A stretch of 64,000 bases of DNA from an uncultured Gammaproteobacteria bacterium (GTDB lineage Bacteria > Patescibacteriota > Patescibacteriia > UBA1558 > S5-K13): contig CAZXFD010000002.1 of NCBI GenBank assembly GCA_964640635.1, positions 26,153-90,152 of the forward strand, in the 5' to 3' direction. The position numbers and the translations under genes are program-made. The notes beneath the pieces were generated by a model. The model was given only the letters and a program-made list of their open reading frames with translations. It had not been told where the DNA came from and did not search any database. This document shows positions 36,200-46,800 of this stretch, piece by piece. Within the stretch, counting starts at the first letter, position 1, and each line of letters opens with the position of its first letter.

Positions 36200-39088
36200 T
36201 TACTTACCTATGGAGATATCCATTTCTATTTCATTTGATTTGATTCTCTTTGAAATAATAATATTCTCTAGACTTTCGTTAAATACAATATTATCTGCTA
36301 AAACATCTCTCATCAATGACTCTCTATTATCATTTATAAGCTGAACAAAATTATTGTTCAATATATTTATATAAACAATTACTCTGTCTGAGATAGTAAG
36401 ACCCGCTTCTTTTCGAAGAGAATTTATATTTCTTACAAGTTCTCTCAAATCACCCTCATCCTTTAGCTCTTTATTAATATTTGTATCCAAATATGTATCT
36501 TCAATACCTTTGTCATACTCAACAGATTTTACATTGACCTCACTAGCTATAATGTCTTCAAACTCTTTTCTTAGTTTTTTACCAAAATTATACTTTAGCA
36601 AAAATAGTGGCTGTCTTACTTTTATAGCTGATTGATCTCTCAAATTATGAGTCTTTTCAACGACAAGTCTTGCTCTTTTCATTTCATCCAATACTTCTAT
36701 TTGTTTTGGATCAAGTTCAGATGTCTTTGGCCAGACTTCCAAATGAACGGACTCTTTCTTTCCATAGACTTCTTTATATAAATATTCTGCCGTAAAAGGA
36801 ATAAATGGTGCTATTATCTTACTAAATTCTAAAAATACTTTATTTAAAGTTTTGGGTGCGTTTTCGTCTCCATCTTTGAATCTATCCCTTGATCTTCTTA
36901 AATACCATGTTGAAAGTTCTAATATAAACTCTGAAATATTGTCTGATGCTTTTTTGAGGTCATACAAATCCAAAGCGTTTGTAACGTCTATTTTTAATTC
37001 CTCTGTTTTTATAAGTATCCATTTGTCCAAAATATTATCGCTATCTACAAACTCTGTATCACTTTCTTTTTTATACATATTATAAAAAGATACAATGTTC
37101 GAAAGTGTCAAAAAATATCTTGCATAAGTACCACTTAAATCTTTTTCACTAAAACACAAATCCCCGCCACGTACAACTGGTGAGCTAAGAAGATAAAACC
37201 TCAAAACATCTGCGGAGTATTTCTTTATCAAATAATTTGGTTCTGGATAATTCTTTAAGCGCTTTGACATTTTCTTTCCGTCTTCTGCTAAAACCATTCC
37301 ATTTACTACAACGTTTAAAAAAGCTGGTTTATTAAATAATGCAGTGGCTAACACCATAAGCGTATAAAACCAACCACGTGTTTGATCTTGTCCCTCTGCT
37401 ATAAACTGTGCAGGAAAATTATCTTCAAACCATTTTTTATTCTCAAATGGGTAGTGAACTGATGCATAAGGCATAGACCCCGACTCAAACCAACAATCAA
37501 ATACCTCTGGAATTCTAGTAGCCACGCCACCACACTTTGGACAAGTTATTTCAATATCATCTACAAAATGCTTATGTAAATCATCTATTTTTTGACCACT
37601 AGCTATCTCTAACTCTTCTTTTGAACCATATACAATTACTTCTCCACAAGAACACTTCCAAACAGGAATTGGTGTTCCCCAAAAACGATTTCTAGATATT
37701 GACCAATCTCTTGCACCTTCAAGCCATTTTCCAAATCTTCCTTCTTTAAAGCTGTCTGGAATCCAATTTGTTTTTTGATTTGCTTTTACTAAATTATCTT
37801 TAATTTTTGTAACTTCTACAAACCAAGATCCTGTTGCATAATTTAGTAGTGGTGAGTCACACCTCCAACAATGTGGATATGAGTGTTCGTATTTTTCTTT
37901 TGAAAAAACAAAGCCTTTCTGAGATAAATATTTAAGTATCTCTATGTCAGCACCTTGATGATCATCCTTTTTCTTTACATCAATCCCTGCAAAATCAATT
38001 ACATCACTAGTAAATTTTCCCTCTGGAGATACATGCTGGATAAATGGTAAATGATTTTCTTTTGCAAGATTCATATCATCTTCACCAAATGCAGGAGCAA
38101 TATGTACAATTCCTGTTCCATCTTCCGTAGTAACAAAATCAGCTCCATAAATTTTATAAATATTTTCATAGTTATCTAATTTTTTATTCACAAAATAATC
38201 AAACAATGGCTTGTATGATTTTCCAACTAGTTTTTTGCCCTTAAACTCTTCAACTACTTCATCACCTTCAAAATTGTTTTTCAAAAATTCATATCTTTCC
38301 TTTGCAATAATATAATATGAATCACTTAATTTAATTTTTATATATTGTATTTTTTCGTTTATCGCAAGCGCTACATTTCCAGGAAGTGTCCATGGAGTTG
38401 TAGTCCATGCAAGTATATATGTTTCTGGTTCATCGACAAGTTCAAATTTTGCAGTGACTGAAATATCTTTTATATCTTTATATCCTTGAGCAACTTCAAA
38501 GTTTGATAATGTTGTACCACATCTTGGACAAATATGCATTGACTTGTAGCCTTCATATATAAGTCCTTTTTTATGAAGTTCTTTGAAGACCCACCAAACA
38601 GACTCCATATAATTTATATCCATTGTCTTATAATCATCTTCCATATCAACGAAACGGCCAATCATAGGAACAAATTTTCTCCACTGGTCTGCATATTTCA
38701 TCACACTGGTTCTACATAGCTCATTAAATTGGGAAATAGAGTATTTATCCAAAATTTCTTTTTTTCCATTTAATCCCAATTCTTTTTCAACTTCATTTTC
38801 AACGGGAAGTCCATGACAATCCCATCCCCATTTTCTTCGGACGTTATATCCATTCATTGTCTTGTAACGTGGAATAACATCTTTTATAACTGATGCGACA
38901 ATATGACCATAGTGAGGAAGACCATTTGCAAATGGAGGTCCATCATAGAAAGAAAAATCTCCTTTTTCTCCTTTATTTAAAGACTTTTTAAAGATTTCAT
39001 TATCTTCCCAAAATTTCAAAATTTCCTGTTCTTTTTGAAACAATTTTGATTGTTGACTGTTTTCAGTATCTTTGTTTTTTTCAGACAT
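36200..39088 (-). CDS. ileS: Isoleucine--tRNA ligase, type 2
   Basis: FYDGPPFANGLPHYGH, GWDCHGLP, WTTTPWTLP, EGQDQTRGWFY, KMSKR; IleRS2-type C-terminus. Confidence 0.96.
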   Translation of the reverse strand: MSEKNKDTENSQQSKLFQKEQEILKFWEDNEIFKKSLNKGEKGDFSFYDGPPFANGLPHYGHIVASVIKDVIPRYKTMNGYNVRRKWGWDCHGLPVENEVEKELGLNGKKEILDKYSISQFNELCRTSVMKYADQWRKFVPMIGRFVDMEDDYKTMDINYMESVWWVFKELHKKGLIYEGYKSMHICPRCGTTLSNFEVAQGYKDIKDISVTAKFELVDEPETYILAWTTTPWTLPGNVALAINEKIQYIKIKLSDSYYIIAKERYEFLKNNFEGDEVVEEFKGKKLVGKSYKPLFDYFVNKKLDNYENIYKIYGADFVTTEDGTGIVHIAPAFGEDDMNLAKENHLPFIQHVSPEGKFTSDVIDFAGIDVKKKDDHQGADIEILKYLSQKGFVFSKEKYEHSYPHCWRCDSPLLNYATGSWFVEVTKIKDNLVKANQKTNWIPDSFKEGRFGKWLEGARDWSISRNRFWGTPIPVWKCSCGEVIVYGSKEELEIASGQKIDDLHKHFVDDIEITCPKCGGVATRIPEVFDCWFESGSMPYASVHYPFENKKWFEDNFPAQFIAEGQDQTRGWFYTLMVLATALFNKPAFLNVVVNGMVLAEDGKKMSKRLKNYPEPNYLIKKYSADVLRFYLLSSPVVRGGDLCFSEKDLSGTYARYFLTLSNIVSFYNMYKKESDTEFVDSDNILDKWILIKTEELKIDVTNALDLYDLKKASDNISEFILELSTWYLRRSRDRFKDGDENAPKTLNKVFLEFSKIIAPFIPFTAEYLYKEVYGKKESVHLEVWPKTSELDPKQIEVLDEMKRARLVVEKTHNLRDQSAIKVRQPLFLLKYNFGKKLRKEFEDIIASEVNVKSVEYDKGIEDTYLDTNINKELKDEGDLRELVRNINSLRKEAGLTISDRVIVYINILNNNFVQLINDNRESLMRDVLADNIVFNESLENIIISKRIKSNEIEMDISIGK

Positions 39089-39145
39089 AAAATTAAAATA
39101 TAAGTGATTATTGGCTTATTTTACTATATTTAGAAATAAAATCAA

Positions 39146-39304
39146 CTAAAACAACAGAGATCTAATATACTCAAAAACACCCCTATCTGGTCTCTTTACA
39201 TTTCTCGAAATAACTCGTGTTCTATTTCTCATCTCTTGCTTCATCCAGTCAAAATTTTGACATCTTGAATAGTTTAGCATTTGTTTTGATTCGTTTTTTT
39301 TCAT
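39146..39304 (-). CDS. Small hypothetical protein (52 aa), absent from the ORF track
   Basis: MKKNESKQMLNYSRCQNFDWMKQEMRNRTRVISRNVKRPDRGVFEYIRSLLF*; co-oriented and fills the gap between the MerR gene and ileS. Confidence 0.45.
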   Translation of the reverse strand: MKKNESKQMLNYSRCQNFDWMKQEMRNRTRVISRNVKRPDRGVFEYIRSLLF

Positions 39305-39324
39305 ACATTTAGTGTTTAGTCTTT

Positions 39325-39384
39325 TCCGCCAGCCAGCCCCGCTACGCGAAGCATGGCCGGGGAGGCGGATCAGCCTTGGGCTGA
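39325..39384. repeat. 60-bp composite palindromic element, copy 2
   Basis: 58/60 identical to 29037-29096; same TTT^AGTG insertion context. Confidence 0.85.
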
Positions 39385-39438
39385 AGTGTTTAGTAATTAG
39401 AACAAGTCTAAATCCTAATTACTAAAAACTAAAATCTT

Positions 39439-39663
39439 TTATTTATTTTTAAAATAATTTTTTATTTCTTGTATTGTCCACCTTTTTTGGGTTTGTAATT
39501 TTTCTATTTCTCTAACTTTTTGTAAGGCATTATTTTTTTCATATAAACGATACCCGCCTTGAGTATATGAGTCGGGTTTTAATAATCCTTCCTGAGTATA
39601 AAAATGAATGGTCGAAGGCAACCTATTTAATTCTACCGCTAGTTCTCCTATTTTTAATAACAT
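39439..39663 (-). CDS. MerR-family HTH-only protein
   Basis: LKIGELA....STIHFYT.EGLL.P....GGYRLY. Confidence 0.85.
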   Translation of the reverse strand: MLLKIGELAVELNRLPSTIHFYTQEGLLKPDSYTQGGYRLYEKNNALQKVREIEKLQTQKRWTIQEIKNYFKNK

Positions 39664-39860
39664 TATTTTAATTTCTCAGCTGCGTAGCTACGCAGTTAAT
39701 TGAGTAATTATGTAAATACTTAAAAACACTTGATTAACTATGAAACCACGAGACTAACAAGCTAACCACTTTTCCACAGTCCTCTGCATTAATTATATAG
39801 TAAAATTTATAAAGTGTGAAGTATAAAGTAATGCTTTATAGTTCATAGTTTAATAAAACA

Positions 39861-39894
39861 AAAAACCCAGCTCTGAAATAGAACTGGGCTCTTT
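39861..39894 (-). terminator. Terminator downstream of the 170-aa gene
   Basis: Minus strand CCCAGTTCT...AGAGCTGGG followed by TTTTTT. Confidence 0.7.
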
Positions 39895-39906
39895 AAAAAA
39901 TAAACT

Positions 39907-40419
39907 TTATTTTACTGCTTTTTGATCTTCTATGTATTTTTCAATTGCTTTTACAACTTTTCCATCTGTCTTTAGATCTTCTATAAATAATACGTGATCT
40001 CTATTTATCTTCATTTCGTCTTTTGGACCATGGAGTTCATTGCCAAGCTTTACAAGTGAAAGCTCTCCTTGTTGTTCTGTTGATGGTGTTCCATCTGGTT
40101 GTAATGCTTGAGTTACTTGAAGATAATAAATGTTTTTAACGGTAATTGTATCATTGTTTATACTTGATGCTTGACCAAAATAAACCTGGCCATTTGATAA
40201 AAATACTGCTTGCCACTGACCACCGTTCTTATCAAGTCCTAGAATGTTTAGCTTTGTCATCTTTGAAATGCCATAAAGGCCAGCAAAGATTACAAGAACT
40301 ACAACAACTAAGACGACTGCCCATCTTACAATAGATGGCTTTTTTTTCTCAGAAACTGTTGGTTTTTCTAGTTCCATTTCTGAAACAGAATCTGTTTCTG
40401 ACCCAAATTTTCTGTCCAT
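39907..40419 (-). CDS. Conserved hypothetical membrane-anchored protein
   Basis: One TM then WQAVFLSNGQVYFG...YYLQ...LVKLGNELHGP.D.M.INRDHVLF; SD AAGGA upstream. Confidence 0.75.
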   Translation of the reverse strand: MDRKFGSETDSVSEMELEKPTVSEKKKPSIVRWAVVLVVVVLVIFAGLYGISKMTKLNILGLDKNGGQWQAVFLSNGQVYFGQASSINNDTITVKNIYYLQVTQALQPDGTPSTEQQGELSLVKLGNELHGPKDEMKINRDHVLFIEDLKTDGKVVKAIEKYIEDQKAVK

Positions 40420-40653
40420 ATTTTTGTCCTTTCTTATTACTTATATCCCATTGGATTATACAATAATTATATCATTTTTCATCTATTTTTCAAAGGTTTT
40501 GTATGTGCACATTATTGGCTTGTTTAAGAGAAAATACGAATACAAAACGATGTCAATATACAAATGTGGGTTAGTAAGATTAGAAAACTAGAATAATTAG
40601 AAAATAGGTTAAATTTATTTTTCTAATTACCCGATCCTTCTAATCCTACTAAC

Positions 40654-43600
40654 CTAATTAAATTTTATTGCACTACCAGCATAGTCTAACTTAACTTGTT
40701 CTGGAGTAAATGCATAATTAAATATTTTTAAATCATCTATTTTTCCACTAAAAAAATCTCCGTGAATACGTCCTTTATAAGAAGCTCCTATAAGCATTTC
40801 GTCGGACACTTTATAAATATCAGAATCAACCAAAAATTGATCAACGCCATCAACATAAATTTTTTTGTTTGCGACATCCAGAACAGCATAATGCCATAGA
40901 CCATCATTAAATTTATTTATTGTTATTTTTGCATAATTATTTTGAGAATAAAAAATAAGACCCTTATCCAAACCAATGCTATCTAAAACATCCGTACCAC
41001 CGGCCCCATTTGCAAAAATTACCATTTCAGAATTATTTGAAGTCGTATTGAACCAAAAAGAAACACTAATATTGCTAGTATACCCATTTGTTGTAATATC
41101 AACGTAATCATCACTTCCGTCAAAGTTTAAACTTGCCTTACGTTTTCCATTTCTTCCATTGTACCATGCAGAAGCTGTGTTATTATCAGTACAAGTACCA
41201 GCGGCACTTTGAGACCCATCTGTGCCAATTGTAATAGTACCATCTAGACCATTTCCTGATTCATCATGAAGAACAACATCCGAACATTCATCAAATTTGT
41301 AATGAGCAATTGGGGCTCCCTTATTATAATCCCAAGCAATTTGCGCTGGTGTGCGAGCATAATTATAAATACGCACATCATCAATATCCCCATTAAAACC
41401 AGAACTATTATTATACCTTATAAAAAAATTACTCCTTGCAACAGGATCTTCGGTTGAAATTGTAGCATCCGCGGGAATGTTATTATTATCAATATATAAT
41501 TTTGAATTTAATATGTCAGGAGGCTTTGTTCCAGCAATATATACTACCAAATGATGCCACCTGCCATCAAGATAATTTTGAGCAGAAGAATTAAAATATC
41601 TAAAATTATTATTGGCTAAATACAATATTGGTCTATTATTAAGCCAATTAAAAGCAAAATGACCACGACTATTAGTTCCATTTATATCAAAAATAATCTT
41701 TTGAGATTCAGCGTCGGAATTTTTGAACCACATTGATACTGTAATTTCTCCACTAGTTGCAATAGTTCCACAATTTATATAATCATTACCATCAAAACTC
41801 ATAGCACTACCAAATTTACCCATTACTGAATTAGCACCAAAGATTTCTCCGTTCTTATTATTTCCACTTGTATCATATGCAAGGGTTCCTGATTTTTTTT
41901 CAAACTTATATTCTGCTACAGGGGGTGCACAAAAGCTCGTATCTCCTGGAATACAATAATCTGAACTGGCGCTCGTGTTTGTTCCGGTAGAACCCATTAC
42001 CATTGTCATGCCCTGATTATAATCTACCTTTACTTGACTCTCTGATAAAGCATAATCATAAACCCTTACTTCATCTAGCAAACCATATATTCCAAGACCA
42101 TCATCATGAAATTTTCCTAAATACATAATTGAACCTACATTCATATTTCCAACCGTACCAATATAAATTGTTAAAAGCTTTCCATCTATATAAACATTTA
42201 GATTATCTCCTACACCTGTTTTTGCAATAACAATATGATACCACCTACCCAATGTAAAATCATACGGATAGGTTCTCCAATCATAGTTTATAATATTATT
42301 TGGAACATATGAAACATCAAGACCACTCCTAGTTAACTTAATAAAACTATAAGCATCTTGCTCATTTCCACCCATATCAAACATAACCCCGTCAGATGTT
42401 GGTTTTACCCAAAAAGAAATTGTATGTGTATTATCTCCAGAAATAACATTTGGAATAGATACATAGTTATCGGCACGCTCATAAAAACTAAGCGCCTTTC
42501 CAAATTTTCCATCACTTGTCCAAGAGGCTCCGTATATTGTTCCACTATTTGTAGTTGTTCCATAATTATAAGTAGTTGTCCCATATCCTTCATCAAAATT
42601 ATAATACAAAATTGGTGGTGTAAGTGTCTCAATACGTGATCCAAGTTTTGCACTAACCCCTGCTATTCCAAGTGCCAATTCTTGACCACTGAAAGCTCCC
42701 ACACTTACATCATCATATGAGAGATAATCTTCTTTGATATAAATATTTTCTATCTTTGAAGTCATATTCATATCATTACAAGACAATCCTAGCGCTGGGC
42801 CACTAACGCTAGTTCTATTTTTTCTTCTACTTATCAATTCAAATGATCTTTCGCTTACTACATTATATATCCCGTAATTTTCTGCTGTATCATCACAACG
42901 TGTAAGAGGTGGAATAACAAATTGAGGATCTTCACAAGATAAAACACAATTTTGAACAACATCAGTACCGACTAAAAAAGTTTCTAAATTACTATTTGTT
43001 CTCTGTCCTCCATAATTTCCTGTTCCATCCATTGACCAACAATAAGACTTTCCATTGACTAAACTATGTTTTGCCCTTACTTTATCCCATTGAATAGTAC
43101 TTGTAACTTGTACCGTAGCTCCCGTATCATTATTATCACAACCAACATCTTGATGAGTAAATATATAAAACACCCCACCATTTGAATCTGTTTCTGTGTG
43201 AACTTCAACATATCTTGAAATAACTGAAGAAATCATTTCTGGTTCAACAAGCATCCAGCCTCCATCATTATCAGTCATATCACAATACACTTCTTGTTCA
43301 TCAGCTAAATATCCATTTGTAAAATCTACAAAATAAGCTCCTGATCCTGTAGAACTGCCACTTGCAAGTATTGATTTACAACTTAGGGCTGGAAAACTAG
43401 ATGTTCCTATGATTGATTTTCCAGGACTCGCAATAGAATTTCCATAATACATATACACGCTTATTCCTGACTCTGGAATACTTGCAATCCTCAACCATAC
43501 ATCTACACTCGTTGAAGTAGTATCTTCTATCCAATATGAAAGTAAATTTCCATTTATATCTGTGAATCTAAGATCATTTAAATTGTCTTGAATTTTTCCT

Positions 43601-43836
43601 AAACTAATCTCTGATGACAAATCTAGATTATTAAAAATCTGGACCTGATAATTAACGAGAGGGGTTCCTGATGAGTTTGTAATTCCAATTGATTTGCGAT
43701 AAAGCCAAGAAGCATCCCACCAAGAAGCTTGGACTGAATTATTAACGCGGAGTAAATAAATCACGCCGAAGACAATCATGATGCCGATGACTATGGCTGA
43801 GATGTAGAATTTGTAATTTATTGATTTTAATTTCAT
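40654..43836 (-). CDS. Surface protein: DUF2341 + fibrinogen-C-like + three LamG (ConA-like) domains
   Basis: N-terminal TM; W..RK.I.I...DLRFTD...YW; SCKSIL...VYCDMT..GGW; three Y.FDE/E...G.IDD/E.RIY..A units. Confidence 0.8.
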   Translation of the reverse strand: MKLKSINYKFYISAIVIGIMIVFGVIYLLRVNNSVQASWWDASWLYRKSIGITNSSGTPLVNYQVQIFNNLDLSSEISLGKIQDNLNDLRFTDINGNLLSYWIEDTTSTSVDVWLRIASIPESGISVYMYYGNSIASPGKSIIGTSSFPALSCKSILASGSSTGSGAYFVDFTNGYLADEQEVYCDMTDNDGGWMLVEPEMISSVISRYVEVHTETDSNGGVFYIFTHQDVGCDNNDTGATVQVTSTIQWDKVRAKHSLVNGKSYCWSMDGTGNYGGQRTNSNLETFLVGTDVVQNCVLSCEDPQFVIPPLTRCDDTAENYGIYNVVSERSFELISRRKNRTSVSGPALGLSCNDMNMTSKIENIYIKEDYLSYDDVSVGAFSGQELALGIAGVSAKLGSRIETLTPPILYYNFDEGYGTTTYNYGTTTNSGTIYGASWTSDGKFGKALSFYERADNYVSIPNVISGDNTHTISFWVKPTSDGVMFDMGGNEQDAYSFIKLTRSGLDVSYVPNNIINYDWRTYPYDFTLGRWYHIVIAKTGVGDNLNVYIDGKLLTIYIGTVGNMNVGSIMYLGKFHDDGLGIYGLLDEVRVYDYALSESQVKVDYNQGMTMVMGSTGTNTSASSDYCIPGDTSFCAPPVAEYKFEKKSGTLAYDTSGNNKNGEIFGANSVMGKFGSAMSFDGNDYINCGTIATSGEITVSMWFKNSDAESQKIIFDINGTNSRGHFAFNWLNNRPILYLANNNFRYFNSSAQNYLDGRWHHLVVYIAGTKPPDILNSKLYIDNNNIPADATISTEDPVARSNFFIRYNNSSGFNGDIDDVRIYNYARTPAQIAWDYNKGAPIAHYKFDECSDVVLHDESGNGLDGTITIGTDGSQSAAGTCTDNNTASAWYNGRNGKRKASLNFDGSDDYVDITTNGYTSNISVSFWFNTTSNNSEMVIFANGAGGTDVLDSIGLDKGLIFYSQNNYAKITINKFNDGLWHYAVLDVANKKIYVDGVDQFLVDSDIYKVSDEMLIGASYKGRIHGDFFSGKIDDLKIFNYAFTPEQVKLDYAGSAIKFN

Positions 43837-43851
43837 TGATTTGCTAAGAGC

Positions 43852-43888
43852 CCAACCCTGGGTTGCCGAATAGTCAACCCAGGGTTGG
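43852..43888. repeat. Inverted doublet of the quasi-palindrome CAACCCWGGGTTG (REPIN-like)
   Basis: CCAACCCTGGGTTG-ccgaatagt-CAACCCAGGGTTGG. Confidence 0.8.
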
Positions 43889-43895
43889 TGTTATA

Positions 43896-46800
43896 TTAGT
43901 TGTTATTTTTATTACTATTTCCGCTTGCTAAATCTCTTCTATAAACATATTCTACTGTAATCGTAAGTTGTGATGGACCTTCAGATTCCTCTCCTCCGCC
44001 TGATATTTGAGTTACTACAACATGCATTCCATCTTCACTTGTTAGATTTATATTTAAATCACCAGATTCAATATTTGCATAACCATTTGAACAATTTCCA
44101 CCAGATATTATTGCAAGCTCACTATTGTTTTTGTCTTCTAATCTGAGAGTTATACTTCCACCATCACCACACTTGTACTGTGCTTTAAGTTTCAAAATCT
44201 TAATATCCTCAGCCGGTTTCCATGAGTTTTCACCATTTCCCCAAACGCGAGTATCAACACGTGGTACATCAACATAAGCAGTGATAGTATCTCTTACCGC
44301 TGAATCAGGTAATATATAAGCAACCCCTTCAACATTTAGATCAACTGTATCTCCAGATTTTCCAACCTGCAACTTGTTTCCATTTGCTGAGATTACACCG
44401 TCAGAACTAAACATAAGTTCTGCAATACCAGATGACGTTCCACTTGCATTAAGTGTTGGCGAAATTACGACTCTTCCAAAAAAGTTTGCAGCAATATTAT
44501 TTTCACTAGCAACGACTGTCAAAGTAGTTGATGAAATATTTTGTGACATTGAAAAACTATCTAGAGCAACATTTTGTGGACTCATTAAAATATTTCCATT
44601 TCCATTTACCGACATTATTCTTGAACCATTGTTTTGTAAGACCCATAAATCATCATACTGTGCAACATTTCTATTGAAATCGTTTAGAATAAGCGCATTT
44701 GACCCTACAACTTTTCCATAATTGTCATGGCTTGTTGTAAGCTTTGTGCCACTTCCTAAATCAAAACTTAAATTACTTCCTGAATATAAATTGTAAGAAG
44801 ATGAAATAAGTGAAACTGCATTTATTGTTTCAAGATATTCAGTTGAACTTATGATATCACCAGTAAATGCTCTTGTTCTAATATCAGAATAATTTGAAGA
44901 TAAACGAGAATTCGAGATATCAATATGACTTAACAATCTTGAAGTTGAAGTTGCGCTCCAATTTTCATCATATAAATTCCAATTGATTGCAATGTCAGCA
45001 TTTCTTGTTTCAACAGAATTTAATTTCAAATCAACTAGACTTACGCTTGAAGTTGAGCCGGATGATAGATTTTCATTATCAAGTCCTGAGGTAATTTTTA
45101 TAGCAGATGATGAAGCATAATTTGGTGCAAAAGAAGATTTGTTATAATCAACTAATACGTTTGTCATTGCAAAACTAAATTTATCATATTCCGTGCTTGT
45201 TACTGATACTGCATTTATACTAACAACTTCTTGACCAATTTCGTCAGCATAGTTTGCAAGAGTAATGTTTGAAATAGAAGACTTGCTTGCTGCGACAACA
45301 GCTGGACGATTGATCTGGGTAATTCTTGTATTTTCTCTGCCTGAACCGACAATGTCAACAAATGGAATAAGTGTAACTTGTTCATTATATATTCCCGGCT
45401 TTACTGTAATGAGCCAACGATTGTTTGCACTGTTTAATTTTATCTTTGACAGAGCTTCACTGATACTTGTATAATCTCCACCTTGTTTTGCAACTACAAC
45501 TTCGTTTTGTCTATCGTTTGAAATAGCAAGAATTGAAGATGCGTCTGTTTTTGCAGTTGAAAGCAATACTTTATTTTCATCACTTCTCTCGCTAGTTACA
45601 AGTATTTCTCCAAGATTACTTATATAAATATAATTATCAACATTTGGAAGTAATGTAATTTGTTTAATTGGTTTTATAGAAATATGCGTTCCATTTACAT
45701 AAGCTTCGCCAGATGACAAGCTAGCTACAAGTGAATTTATACTCGTGGACTCCAACATAAATCCATCAATTACATAATGAGCAAGCTTGTTTCCATTTCC
45801 TGTAAAATCAATAAATGTTCCTATGTTTTCTAGAGTTTCAAACTTATCATTGGTGCTAAATAATTTTCCATTCTCACCAATATTTATATCAACGAGCATT
45901 CCTTTGAAAATATTACCACTTGATGTGATAACTCCATTTAAAGTTGCAATAGCAGATCCTGTTACATTTTGAATATTGTTGTTCATCACAATCATATCGT
46001 TGTCAGATGCAAAATTTACAATACCCTGACTCATCGAACCAATAAATTCATTTTCTGAAATTACAGGAGAAATTTTTCCAGCTGTTGTGTTTTCAATATT
46101 TATACCAACACCACTAGCTACTTCAGATATTATTCTATTATTGTTTATTACTGGGCCTGATCCTGCTATAGATACGACTGAAACATTACTTGCGGAGCCA
46201 ATTGACTTTAGAGAACAATTTTCAATTCTTGAATTATTTGCACCTATTACTGCTGGTGCGCTACTGCCAATAATTATTGTGCTAGAACTATTTTCACAAA
46301 TTACATCAACATAAGGTTTTAGAGTTATTGTTTCGCTATATTCACCTGATTTTATATTTATTACATATCTCTTTGATTCGCTATTGTCTGTAATTGATGA
46401 CATAGCAGACAAAATATTATCAAAATCTCCGCCAGTTTTTGCAACCTCTATTGTGTTTACATGATTGTTGAAATATCCAATTTGAACACTTATTGCAATT
46501 TGATCATGACCGCCCTCCATATCTTCCATTGCGATACCAATAACTCCTGCACCAAGCTTACTTGCCTTTTGAGCTTTTCCAGGTTCATTTGATGTAGTCA
46601 AATAATCACCCTTTTTAATAAGCCCATTTGATGCTGTAACATTTACCAGGCTTGCGCCCATTGTAACTATTGGCTTACCGGTTTCAGAATTTCCAGAAAT
46701 AAATGCCGGCTTCTCAGCTATTATTCCCAAAATATTTGAACTATTTGCGCGATCAGAAAGTTTTACACTATTGCCTTCATTAAGAACTACTACATCACCA

